Made by a program: the position numbers and the translations under genes
Shown here: positions 1 through 12,595 of the stretch, piece after piece
How positions within the stretch are numbered: position 1 is the stretch's first letter
Layout: every line of letters begins with the position of its first letter
Notes under the pieces: model-generated
What the model saw: only the letters and a program-made list of their open reading frames with translations
The model's database searches: none
What the model was told of the DNA's origin: nothing
Origin: Trichodelitschia bisporula
Taxonomy: Eukaryota
NCBI GenBank assembly: GCA_010356995.1
Contig: ML996687.1
Coordinates: 1,179,803-1,243,802 of the forward strand
DNA length: 64,000 nt
Direction of reading: 5' to 3'

Positions 1-2136
1 GCCCACACGCGGTCGGTATGCCCGTCGAGCGTAGCGGCACATTCCCCGCTACTAACATCCCAAATCTTAACCAACCCATCCGCAGCCGCAGACACCACAG
101 CCGGACCCCTTGTCTCCGTCGGCGGCAGCCAAAGCGCCTTAAGCACACTCCCCGTATGCCCCTCCAGCGTAAGCAAGCACGAAAAGTCGCTGAGCGCCCA
201 AAGCTTAACCATGCGGTCCGCGCCCGCCGTCGCGACGAAGCCACGCTGAGCACGTGCTTCAGTGCCGGGGAGCGAAATCGTTATACCCGTCGGCGCAAAG
301 GACGCGCTCCACACGCCGCGCTTGTGGCCGCGGAGGACGCCAACGGTCGAGCCGTCTTCTACGGCCCAGATCTTGACGAGCCGGTCTTGCGAACTCGAGG
401 CTAGGAGTTGCCCGGTGGGGGCGACGGCTAGCGCATTGATGTCCTTATCGTGCGCCTTGCGGGTGTATGTCGCGCGAGGAACGGGGACGGGCCCGGCCGG
501 GTCGGTGCGGGGGATGGGCCAGCGCTTGAGGGTTTTGTCCTGGGAGCCGGTGATCAGCCAGGCCGGTGTATGCTCGGCCGGGTTCTTGTAAGCAGGCGTG
601 TCGGCCGGGGGCGGGGTTTGCGGCAGTGCGACGGCGCCGACGGATTCGGCGTGCCCGGCGAAGGTGGCGTGGCAGGTGAAGGAGTTGCTGGCCGGGTCGA
701 GGCGCCACAGCCGCGCGGTGTTGTCTTTTGCGCCGGTGGCGAGCCAGTGACCGGACCAGTCGGTTGCGAGGCAGAGGACGATGTCGGTGTGGCCTTTTAG
801 GGAGGCGACTTCGGCGCCGAAGGGGAGGGATTCGGAGGGTGTGGGTGGCTGGAGGGATATGAGGCGGATGTCTTCTGCGTTGGTGGCGAGGGCGAGGAGA
901 GAGGCGGAGCGGCCTATGTATGCTACGTCGATGATTTGGCCGTGTGTGCCGGCGGTACGGCGTAGGATCGGGAGTGGGGAGGTGGAGAGAACGGAGGGGG
1001 AAAGGGAGGCGATGGAGTGGTAGACGAGGGTTTGGTCGGCGTGGACGGAAAGCAGATAGGGGAGGTCGGGGTAGTGGATGATCTCGAGGATGCTCTCCGT
1101 GTCCATTCCTGGCTGTTGCTCCGGCGTTAGTTCGCGCGCTGAGGCCAGCGACCAGATGCGGATGCGGCCGTGCTCGCCGCCCGTGTAGATGAGGGTGCCA
1201 CGGTCGAGGAATCCTGCACTTTCGACTTCCTCAAGCACGGGAATCGTGGACCGGATTTTCCACGTGCGGGCGTCCCACACCATGACGGTCTTGTCGCGAC
1301 TACCAGAGAGCAGCGCATTTTCTTCAGGGGAGAAGTCGAGTGTCCGAACCACAGACACATGTGAATCCAGTATGGCTGCAGAGTTGCGCTTGTGGAGGTT
1401 CCAGATGCGGACCTTGCCATCTTCACCACCCGAAGCCAGCCTGTATCCGAGGGTCTCTTCGTTCGTGACCTCTTCTTCCTCCCCCTGCTTTCTCTTCTTC
1501 TTGCACTTCTTAGATTCCTCTTGTGCCTGAGCCGTAACATCGACTTGGAAGAAGCGGAGTGCGGAGATGACGCCGTTGTGGCCATGGAAAGTGTGCGTCA
1601 CATAGCCGCCTATTATATCCCACACCTTGACCACACCGTCCGCGCCACCGGTGGCCAGCAGCGTTCCAGTCTGATCTACGGCCGACACAACTACAGGTGA
1701 GGGATGCGGTTTGAGTGTGCGGAGCACTTGCGTCTCAATCACATCTTCCTCGTCCGACAGCGTGAGCGCATATATGCGCATAGCGAGCGATCGTGAACAT
1801 ATTATCAGATGTGAGGCCGAAGGTGTTACTGGATTGATCAGCAGTGTCCGATCCTGAGGAAGTGCGCGCTCATACTGGCTAATGTGGTACAAATCTCTCC
1901 GTCCTACTACTTCGTCAACACGTCAGACATGACGAGCTAAGCACAGTGACGGCACTCACCCCTTCTATGCGCGCCAATTCATCGCCCGTGCGGGCGTCTG
2001 TAAGCAAAACATCGTCGTCGAGACATGAGGCGAGAATGCGGTCGTCTTCACTGAGGGCGACGCTGCCGCGCGTGTAGATCGGCTGAATGACCTTTGCAGG
2101 CTCAAAGGTAGTCTTGACGCTGGAGTTCAGCGCCAT
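1..2136 (-). CDS. UTP13: U3 snoRNP/SSU processome WD40 protein Utp13 (TBL3); 3' end runs off the window
   Basis: ATG at 2136 (MALNSSVKTTFEPAKVIQPIYTRGSVAL). Introns 1904-1959 and 1829-1875 (GT..AG) join to ITPSASHLIICSRSLAMRIY, followed by WD40 repeats such as SQDKTLKRW and RKAHDKDINAL..SSSQDRLVKIW. Confidence 0.9.
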
Positions 2137-2489
2137 GATGGGTGAGAAAAACGATAATGTGTGAGAGTGTAGTTGTAGTGCAGCGCGAAAGTAGCAGACA
2201 CCAGAGCACACAGCAGTTACGAGTTGGGATATCAAAAGTTGCGAAAATGCCAAAAAGTTTCGGACCAGGGTCGAGCGGAGCGGGAGGCCCGTGCACAAGG
2301 CAGCTCCAAGCTGCGCGTCAACTCGAGCTCCGACGACGACGACAACTTGCTACTCCCCGCCGCGCAGCAACATCTCCTCCCACCACCACTTCCTGACCAT
2401 CTTCATTTCAGCATCCCACTGTCCGTCAACTTTCCAGTACTGACCCGCACTCGAAGCACTCTACTCCTCAGCCACCCCTCACCGCAACC

Positions 2490-3197
2490 ATGGAGGTCTT
2501 ACTGGGCATCACGGGCAAAGACTTCACCATCATCGCCGCCTCCAAGGCTGCTATGCGCGGAGCGACGGTACTCAAGGCGACGGATGACAAGACGCGGGAG
2601 CTGAACGCACATAACCTGATGGCCTTTAGCGGCGAGGCGGGCGACACAAGTAACTCTCCTTCTCCACACTATTGGAGCAAGTACTAACACGGTCTACAGT
2701 TCAGTTTGCCGAATACATCCAAGCCAACATTCAACTGTACTCGATGCGTAACGCCACAGAGCTCGGTCCCGCTGCCGTGTCGGCCTACGTGCGCGGCGAG
2801 GTGGCTAGTGCGCTGCGCTCGCGCCGTCCCTATACCGTCAACCTGTTGCTCGGCGGCTTCGACCCCATCAAAGAGAAGCCGAGCCTGTACTGGATCGACT
2901 ATCTTGCGGCGATGGCGGATGTGCCGTATGCGGCGCACGGCTACGCTCAGTGAGTTTGTTGCATACACAGGCCTTACCGAGCTGACAGCGCCTAGGTACT
3001 ACTGCCTGTCCATCCTTGACAAGCACCACAGGCCGGATATCAGTCTGGATGAGGGCATCAAGATGCTGGGCATGTGCACGGACGAGCTGAAGCGGCGGTT
3101 ACCCATTGACTTCAAGGGCGTATATGTCAAGGTCATAACGAAGGACGGCATTCGGGAGTTAGAGTTTGGAAATGACAAGGCGGTGCTGCCGGCGTAG
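2490..3197 (+). CDS. PRE1: 20S proteasome subunit beta-4 (~203 aa)
   Basis: [62 protein letters not shown]. Introns 2650-2699 and 2950-2995 restore the frame. Confidence 0.95.
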
Positions 3198-5426
3198 AAT
3201 AGTTTAGGGTTCAGGCTGAGCGGGCGCTATGATAATTCCATGAGTGGCATTTAAATGGCCTTGCGAGTTGTGCGCCGCGCGGTGCATCATTGCAGGCAGG
3301 CTACTACCATGCGTCATGGCCAGAGTCGTTTACAAACCGGTATTCGGAGCCACTCCGTGACTGCGCCATAGGCTGTGAAACCATGCGGAGAATGACCACC
3401 ATGGGGACTTGATGCACATGGCTAGAGGCTTCATGGACACGGCAAACCCGGCAGCGCCCAGGATATTCAGCGGACTTGCAACCTTAACCAATTGCACGTT
3501 CTTGATAAATGGCAGACATGGGCATCTCGATCTCGATGTGATGCATCAATATGGTCCGCGACCCATGGATTTTTCCCAATGCCCATCCTTCCCTATCAGC
3601 ATTTCAGAACGCACCAATGCTATGGTAGTTGCCAGCATAGCCACTCCGCCTACTCGTCTGCGGGCAATGCCACCGGCAACTGCACCGTACAGCTAGCCGA
3701 TCGTCATAGCTGCTGGTTCACAAGCACACCCATGCGCATGCCGTAAACAAATGTCTCCCATCTTTGGGCACCTGCAACCCATCGCCCTCACTAAAGAGGA
3801 CCCAACGGGAGGCAAGCTTCCTATCCGGGAATGATTCTTCTCCAGAGCCACGCTACCCGAAGGTAACTGGCAACACATCGCCGTCGAAAGTCTCTGCGAT
3901 GGTCGTGGCTGGCTCCGTTGTTTTTGATCTGGAGAAGAAAAGAAGAAGTTTTGGCAAGAGGGGAGACGACGCTTTTAAAGGAAAATTTACTGCACGTGGT
4001 CCGTGTCCCTCCACGTCTCTGCTTGGCGCGGGCCATGCGCCCGCCGAACAGATCATAGCCGACCTCATAAGCAAAAGTGCCCAGTCAGGGCAGCTGCAAT
4101 TTCTTTTGTTGCAGCCCTTAGGCAAAAAGCGGAGCAGCGGGCAGGCGGGACCAGAGATCAGTCACGTGCTCCTCCAACTTTCTTTCAACATATGTTTCCG
4201 GTGGAGTCAACTCCGCGGAGTCAACCCCGAACTACCCACCCTAACCGTAGACTCTCGCCTCTAGACTCCAGAAAGGCCTTATATATATCTTCACCATACT
4301 GCGTCTTCTCTCCCAATTCTGCCATCTTCATTAGTCTCCTGCTCTTCTTCCTTCCTCATGACGTCTCATCGCAACCTCCTGCGTTGCGCTTCCAGAATCC
4401 CGCTGTCAAAAGGACAGCCTCACCAACATGCACGCTGAAAGTGCTACGGAGTATATGTAAAAGCCCAAGGGGCTTCATACACTCCCCCCTCTCCTTTCCC
4501 ATCCAAAAATCCAAAACAACTCAGCTTTAACACTTCTTTGCGCCTTCTAGCGGGAGTACCATCGCCAATGACGTCTCTATTGCGCAGGGCACCAAAAGCG
4601 CGCCGTCGCCATGTTTTTGTTCCAACCTGCAGCTCCCCCATTCACCGCAACCACCGAACCTCTGCATCTGGTCAGGCCCCATATCTCGCCCCGTATCCCT
4701 CGTACTTATGTCGACACTTTGCATTCCATTCTCATACTCCCACTAAATCCCTCTTCGACACATTCTACATTTTTCCTTTCTCAACCTCTTCGCCCCTTTT
4801 TCTTGGTCCCTCTTTCCCTTCCTATCCTCCCTCAATTCCCCCACCGGTTGCGCGAACGTTTCTTGTCTCTCTCCTTCAGGCAGTAGTATCTTACTGGCAA
4901 AAGTCAGTCCAGCTTGTACAGCCCGGCCCCTGCATGTACCACGGCAAAGCGTCCGGAGAAGTTTGAACAGAGAATAGCGCAATGATGATGAAAAGACGAC
5001 CACCATCCGCCGAGCCATTTCCGCTCTGCTATCTCCATGGAGCACGTGACAGAGGTATGGTAGCTCCGCTGCAAGCTCCTTTGCCACCTGCGCCTGGACC
5101 CTCATGTTGGCAGGGAAGCGGGGAGACGGGCTCGCTCGCCATCATGCGTCGTTCTCCATCCTGTGCCAATCCGCTCCAGCCTACTTTACTACTGCCCGTT
5201 TCGCATGACATCCAGTTCTACCGTATAGCCTCTATCCGCTCGCCCAATCTCTGATATTTTCAGAACCTTTCTTCGCTCGTCATCACCTCTCCACGCGGAG
5301 GGAAATTTCAGTTGAATTACGACAGCGTTATCATTTCTCCTGTGTTCCGCATACTTCACTCTTCGTTTTGTTAACTAGGAAAGTCATTTGACGCGCCACA
5401 TTTCCACCTCCAAGTGACCAAGCGAA

Positions 5427-8056
5427 ATGAACGCTCCGCAGCTGCCAGCGCTACCGGGCTCCGGCGGCTCGGACACTCCTCCGCCAAAATCTATACAATA
5501 TTCAAAACGCGGTAAAATCACTATCGTGGCCTGCGTGAGCTGCCGACGACGGAAAACCAAGTGCGATGGCCGTCGACCCATTTGTTCGCAGTGTCAGGGC
5601 CGATCTGGAACTTGTCACTATGACATGAGCGAAGAGCATCGCCGGCTCACGTTCCTGCGCGAAAATGTTGAGCATTTGGCCGTGGAGAAGAACACGCTTG
5701 AGTCGCTCATCTCGAGCCTCCGAAGCGACAGCGTCGAGGAGGCCCTCGAGGTACTTCGTCGCCTACGGAGCGGGGCCGAACCCTATGTGCTAGCACAGCA
5801 GATTCAAGCCAGCCAGTCGCTGGCTCAGGTGCGCCTGGACAGCTCCTCCAGCCACCGTCAACCAAGCAGCAGCAGCGACAGGAGCTGTAAGCCTTCATCT
5901 CTTCTTCCTCTGGTGTGCTCCCATCCATAACCCCCCCGACAGCTCCTAAAGCGAGCACAGATGAATTAGGGGACGTCTCTAGCCATGAACGCCTCATTCA
6001 GTACCTCGCACGCTCTTCGTCTCCAGAGGTCGAAGAAATCGTGCGGCGGCTGCGCCTGCATGAAGATGTGGATTCCATCCTCTCTGCCATCTACGCGGGC
6101 TCTCTCCTGCGGCCGTTTGGCAACTTCGTCTTGAACGAAGGCTTTCCACTCGAGCACCGCTCTCTCGTAATGCACGACCGGCCAGCGGCCGGCTATGAGG
6201 GGCGCGAGCTGCGAAATCATCATCTCCGTTCGTGGACCTCCGTTACTGATGACGGCGACTTCATTGAGCACCTCATTTCGACATATTTCGCTTGGCAACA
6301 CTCGTTCTTTCAAAGCTTCCCCGAACGTCTTTTTTGGAGCGACATACGAACCGGCGGCACCAAGTACTGCTCGAAATTCCTCGTCAACGCAATGTGCGCT
6401 GTCGGCTGCTTGCTGTCAGACCGTCCTGAGTCTCGCCAAGACCCAGATGATCCGCGAACGGCTGGCATCGACTTTTACGAAGAAGCGCTGCGGCTTCAAG
6501 CTGAGAATACAACATCGGATGTAACGACAGTGGCGGGTTTGGTTCTTCTCTCCCACCTGGACGGTCATCGTGGGCGGTTGAGCCTGATGTGGTCGTACTG
6601 CGGGCAGAGCGCACGCATGGCTTTGGATTTAGGCCTGCATCTGCGCAAAGACAAACCGCTAGGTGAGCAGCAGAAGCAGCAGCAGTGGTCCGAGGCTGTG
6701 GTGAGCGAAACTATGGTGCGGAACCAGGTGTTCTGGGGCGCTTTCATTGCCGACCAGTAAAGCCCCCTTTGCCTTTAGTGTTTTGCTTAGTATTTGCTCA
6801 TTTTCGCAGGCTCGTGAGCTTCACCCTCGGTCGATTACCCCAAATTCCGACGAGCGCCGTCACGGTTGACATGCCACAAGTGAGAGAGGGCGAGGACGGG
6901 GACATGTGGATGCCGCCAAATCCACATCTCCGGGCGCGAAGTCCCGCGTCCATTTCCACGGTATTTTATGAGGTTGCAAGACTCTCTAAGATCTTGAACT
7001 CGACACTCCTGATGTTTTTCGCACCCACCGAGGCCATCAAAGGCAGCTTGCTGTTGGATGAGTACAACAAGTACCTAGCATGGTACCATCGATTGCCGAC
7101 GGCAGTGGCATCGCTCGAGGACGCCCCGCCCCACATACTTACTCTCCAGTACGTGTCAATCTGGTCTTGTTCTTCATGGCTAATGGATGAAAAGCATGTA
7201 CTACCACGCCGCAATCCTTCTTCTCTTCCGACCGTTCCTCAAAGCCACTCTAACGAATTCGCCGATCTCGCCCAGCGAAATTTGCCGCACGGCAGCCAAT
7301 TACATCAGCGACATTGCCATGCGATACCGGCGGCAGTATGGCGTGGCCGGCCTCCACGCTTTCCAGCCGCACTGCCTGGTGGCAGCGTGCACAATCCACA
7401 TCGTCAACATGCCATCAATAGCATCGACGAGCTACCTCAAAGCCGCATGCGAAATCCTGCAAGAAATGACCTTCCGCAACGAGTGGGCCCTAGGCGGGCT
7501 GGGCATGCTGCGCGCCATAGTGCGCAAGTGGGGCATCATACTTCCGGGTGATGTGGAGGAGGCACTGTACGGGCCAGGCGCGGCTGATGCCGATGCTGAC
7601 CCGCCATGGACAGCCTCGGTGGACGACCGTATGGACGTCGACTCGACAACGCCGACGGTCGAGGCACAGCGCGCCCGCGGCAAGCGCCCCATTTATCGTG
7701 GTCTGCTGGCGGCGGAGATGCCGAAACACACGAAGCTGGCGGTACCGAGGGGGCTAGGGTCGCTGATGAACGAGAGCTCGGGCGAGAGTGCAACCACTAG
7801 CGCTACCAGCGGCAGTAGCAGTATCAGGAGCAGAGGCACGGAGCAGGTCAACCCCTCTGGTGCGGGCGCGGGCAGTCCCGGGAACACGAACTATCTGTTT
7901 ACACCGTTCCCGAGTCAGCCCGCTCCACTGTTGATGCCGATCCACACGAGTACCGCTGGGGGCGAATCGGAGGTGGTGATTCAGGAGCTGGAAGGGCTGA
8001 ATTTCGAGGGCAATGATTGGTTTGATCAGTTTCTGGGGTATTCGGGCGAAGAGTAA
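5427..8056 (+). CDS. Zn(II)2Cys6 transcription factor with fungal-specific TF domain, NirA-like (~824 aa)
   Basis: ACVSCRRRKTKCDGRRPICSQC..C cluster; middle homology region SARMALDLGLH..RNQVFWGAF..LGRLP. Introns 5887-5942, 6757-6809 and 7149-7194 join four ORFs in frame. Confidence 0.9.
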
Positions 8057-8765
8057 GTGAGTACCCTTCACGCCCTTTTCCTTGCTTGCTTGGGGACGGG
8101 GAGGTGGGGTTTGAACACTCGCTGAGGCGGATATTTGACGACTTGTTTGCGTTTTCGGGGGACCCGAAGAGAAGGTGGTTGGGCGGGAGGGTGGATCGGG
8201 GAGGCGATCGATGGGTCGGGGGAGGCAATCGGTGGGTCTTTTGGCGGTAACTTGCTTTACGTCTAGTACTCCGTAGTAGCTGTGTTGGTTGCGAGCGGTA
8301 TCAGGGTCAGCAAACGAGGCTCGCCTCGAGCTATATCCGAGCAGGAGCAAATGTAGGCGCCAAGTATGGCCAGTTAGGGTGCAACGCGCAGTCACGATTC
8401 GTAGAAAATTGACAAATTCTTGAGCCCCTGAACTGCAAAGTACCGTGGTCCGCCCATCGCGAGCCCAGGTAGCGAAAGCCGTCCGACGTCCAAAACTCAC
8501 GGCTCGCACTCCGCGGGGGATCTCCGGCTCCCCCTGCCCTACAACCGCGCGTGCGCCCGCGCTAAAAATGCGTGGTCCGAGCACCAAGCGCTTGCCGCCT
8601 GTGCGGCGTAGGGCTGGCGTGGCTGGGCACACGACAAGAATCATGCCCCGCCAAGTCTGCAGTCGAGCCCGCGACGTCCCACCTTTGCTGCCCTGCACAC
8701 CACGTCCCACCTTCGCTGGACAGGACACGACGACAACGCGCTCAATTGTCTTCACGCAACACATC

Positions 8766-9441
8766 ATGACGCCACAACTCTTGACCCGCGCCCCGCGCAC
8801 ACTGTTTGCGAATCTCCAGTCCACCGGGAGCATCGCTCCCCTCGGTGCTCTCTCCGTCCGTCACGCAAGCACAACCGCCCCCCCCTCCACAGGCACTGGC
8901 CCAACGCAAACGCCCCAAGCAACGGATCTTACCTGGAACACCTTCCTCGCGCTCCGGCGCACGCGGCGGCGGATTAACCTCGCATGCTCAGCGGTGAGCG
9001 GCGCGGCCGCCTTGGTGGTGGGCACAGGCGCCGCCTTGTCGGCAGATGTGGACTCTGTGGGCGCGCAGGCGCTGGGGCTGGATCCGATGATTGTGCTGGG
9101 GTTGAGTGGGGTTGTGAGCGCGGCGGGGGGGTGGCTTGCGGGGCCGGTGGTGGGGAATGCGGTGTTTCGGGTTGTGTGGAGGGGGTGGAGGGGGGGGATT
9201 GAGAAGGTATGTTTATCTTTGTAACTTGGTGGGGAGTGGGATTATGGTTGCTGACGCAAGGCAGAAGGAAAAGGAGTTCTACGCGCGGATCAAGAAGCAC
9301 CGGGTTGATCCGTCGAGCAGCAGCATTTCGAATCCCGTGCCGGATTATTATGGCGAGAAGATTGGGAGTGTGGCGGATTATCGGCGGTGGTTGAAGGATC
9401 AGAGGGCGTTTAATTTGAAGAGGGGGAAGGCGCTGGTTTAA
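8766..9441 (+). CDS. PAM17: Mitochondrial presequence translocase-associated motor subunit Pam17 (~205 aa)
   Basis: Presequence-like N-terminus, [19 protein letters not shown] plus two hydrophobic segments, C-terminal [38 protein letters not shown]. Intron 9207-9264. Confidence 0.92.
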
Positions 9442-9961
9442 GGGGAGGACAAAAGGGAAATGTAGATTGTGTTTCCCGCGTGGGGATGATGCGGTGACGC
9501 TGAGGTGGTGATGATGACTCTCTCTATCGGCAAGAAGACGGCGTTTATGGCTCGTGTACAGTATGTTACGGCCGGGCGAGACAATACAGGCACCCACTCA
9601 CCTCCCCTACTACTACATCGTCACATCATCGGCGGCAGTGGAAGTGATTTGGTCTGGTGTGGTGGACATATAGGCTCACCGGTCAGTAGCATATCCATTC
9701 CATCAGGCGGCTATTACTATGAGCAACTACAATCAAAGGCCGCAAACAGAATCACAATCACGATCAGCTTATGAGGTTACAACGCAGGGTAGATTGCTCT
9801 AAACTACTTCATAACCCCTTCTTTCTAGTATCCTTCTGTAAGTAATCGTCCTTCAGATCATCCTTATCAGCAAAGCAATGCAATCAGAATGACAAGCCCC
9901 GAACCACCACCGGGAGTCAAAGGCCTCTCCAACTTCCACCGCCCCGCCCACAATAGTTCGT

Positions 9962-11814
9962 CTAAAGCCGACGCCAGTTCTCGTTGAGCTTCCGAACAGG
10001 CGGATCCTCCTGCTGTTTAGGACGAGGGGTCGTCGGGTTGAAGAGCGAAGAGGCAGGCTGCCGAAACTGGAGCTCCACCGGGAACGCCGGGCGATGAGGA
10101 ACGTTGCTGTTGGCCTGGTGGCCAGGAAGGCTAGCGCCAACCTGCTCGGAGACAGCGACATCGGTTACATTCTGCGCCGTGGCAGCGACCTCTGCGCTGT
10201 CGGGATGGCCGAAGAACGGCAGGAGAGTCGGGTCGATCTCGAAGTGACCGGGATTGTCAAGCCTAAGCTTGCGGATGGACGCCTCTGCCAGATTGAGCGC
10301 CATGCCAATCGGGTCCGTCTCCATGTTCTGGATCTCTGAGACCGCGATGTGCTCATCAGGGGGGGCATTCTCCTTGCCGGTGTCCGCGGAAGCGTTGTCG
10401 CCCTGCTCGACAATGCCTTTGCCAGACGGAGCCCATGTGTGCTTCTGCATCTTCACGCGCGTATTCTGGAACTCCCGAGTAGCCGCGCTGGCCAGAAGCT
10501 CTGCCTTTTCGCCTTCGACCTCCTCCTTCGAGTACTCCCACATCTTGACTGGGACGACCCGGTTAAGGCTTGTCTTACCGGCAGTAGCAGCATTCAGAAC
10601 ACCATGAACGCGGTAAAGAGGCGTGAAGCCCTTCGCGTTGACTATGTGCGCAGGCATCGACGGATGTGTCGGGGTGAGCAGGTGCAGAACGCGAACCTTG
10701 CGACCGTCGATGGACAGGCCCTTCTCAGCGAGCTTCTCAGCATCATGATGCCACTTGCAGTGTGCGAGGATCATGATGCTGGGGCAGGTCAGCGTGCCGG
10801 TTGTGAAGCCGACAGCGAAGGTGATTTGAGGCACTTCGCTGCTGATGATGTGGGACAGCTCCGTGGCGGTGAGGTGGCCCGGGACGTGGTCGATCAGGAC
10901 GCTCTTGCAGACACCACGTTCGATAGGGGTGTACAGCATTTCGGTGTTCTTCTTCGTCGAACGCCAGTGATAGCCGATGGCCTTTGCCAGGTTCTGAGGG
11001 AAGGGCAGCGACTTGGTGGTCGGCGCACCGGTCTTCTGCTGCGATGATGAAGGTCCCTCGATCCCGCTGGTCGGATGGACGGCAGCGGAGCTAGAAGCGA
11101 TTTCGGTGGAGCTCTTGACGGAAGAGGGGCTGTTTGATGTTAAAATGATGGTTTGAAAGGATAGGTGCGGAAAACTTACGAATCATCCTTTTCGTGGTCG
11201 CTAACGTCAACCAGCTTCTCAGTTACGGTCTTTGCGCCCGTCGCCGGATCCACGACGATCATCATGTTGCGAGGCAACGGCTCGTCGCGCGCCACCAAGA
11301 CCGGGTCTTCAGGAACCTCTTCGTCGTCGTCAAGCAACGTCTGGTTGATATCCTGGAGAAGCTGCTCCAGCCATTGCTTCTTGTTCGGAGGCTCGAACGG
11401 CTCCAGTGCCTCGAGCATCTGCTCAGACATGTCCTGGAGGTGCTTCAACAAGCTCAGGACATCGTCTTGCGGAATCGCCTGGCCATCCTCATTACGGAGA
11501 ATCAACAGCCGCAGAGTTGAAAGGTCCTTGGTGAGCCTGTTCCGCAGGCCTTGAAGCTTCTGCTCCACGCTCATGAGATGCGCCTTGACAGCGATGGTCT
11601 CCTTGCGGGCCTGATCCACCTTGCCGTTCTCGATGCCCATCTTAGCCTTGGTCGAGTCGAGGGGCTGCTGGAAGGGGTCGACCTGCACGGCGAGCGCGCA
11701 CTTCGAAGCCCCGACCTCCTGAATCTCTGTATGCTCGTTAGCATCTGCGAAATGATGGTCTGATGACCGGATGGTTCCCGAGGAGGCAAACATACCCTTC
11801 GATGGAGCCGGCAT
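9962..11814 (-). CDS. Hypothetical protein (~600 aa) with coiled-coil-like N-terminal half and possible divergent RRM-like region
   Basis: ORFs 11176-11844 and 9962-10939 are joined in frame by intron 11130-11179 (GTAAGT..TTAAC..CAG). An optional upstream exon (ATG 12137, intron 11844-12115) is also frame-compatible. Confidence 0.7.
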
Positions 11815-12555
11815 TGCTGCAACTTTTGCAGAGAGCAACGGCACTAAGGGGCGTAAGCAAACTCTGAAGCAGAGCTCTCAGCGGGAGAGTTTGGAGTTGT
11901 TGCTGGGGAAGGCTCTGTGGAAGGCGATTTGGGGGGCGCTGTGAAAGGCGATGTTAGGGATGCTGGGAATGCGCAGGAGATGCTGAGGAGATGCTGAGGA
12001 GATACTGTGGATGTAAAAGTAAGGGTTAGCTGCGGCTGTGGAGGAGCTGAGGTAGAGCAGACCCACGGTGAATAACCAGGCCTCCATGGCGTGGCGGAAA
12101 TTTGCGGACACTTACAGAATGTCATCGCCGAGGCCATGAATTTGCCACGGGGAGTGGCCACGCGGCGACAAAGCCGCCGAGAGACAGGCTACTGAAAGTA
12201 GCGGAGGCGGTCTTCAAGGCCTGAAGTCGCACAAAGCGGACTTCAAGACCTGAAGACCGCGAGGGTGGTAGACCACGAGGGTCGAACATAGAGGTATTGA
12301 TCTTAACATGTCTATAAAAAAGATGCACAAGAGATAGTATGAGTAAAGAAGTCATACATTTGTGAGGTATACAAACTCAAAGGTAATGATGCAGAAGAGT
12401 TGTTCAGGGAGAGAACGATGTGAGGAAGAGAATGAAGTGAGGGACACTTCGCTATTTATCAAGGGAACCGAAGAGCACAGGCCTCGCTAAGCGAGGGCGT
12501 GTTGGTCACAACACGGACCCAAGCTCCGTTCAAGAAGGAGCGACCATGAGGATAG

Positions 12556-12595
12556 CGTGCTCCAATGATAGGCCGTGCTCCAATGATAGGCCGTG
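12556..12595. repeat. 18-bp tandem duplication CGTGCTCCAATGATAGGC x2, containing CCAAT
   Basis: Two exact adjacent copies read directly. Confidence 0.9.

Noticed and set aside
7754..8833. 359-aa minus-strand ORF and other long antisense ORFs (e.g. 42508-43362, 29881-30666)
   Set aside because: They lack ATG starts or recognisable motifs and overlap well-supported genes; such ORFs are expected in GC-rich coding DNA.
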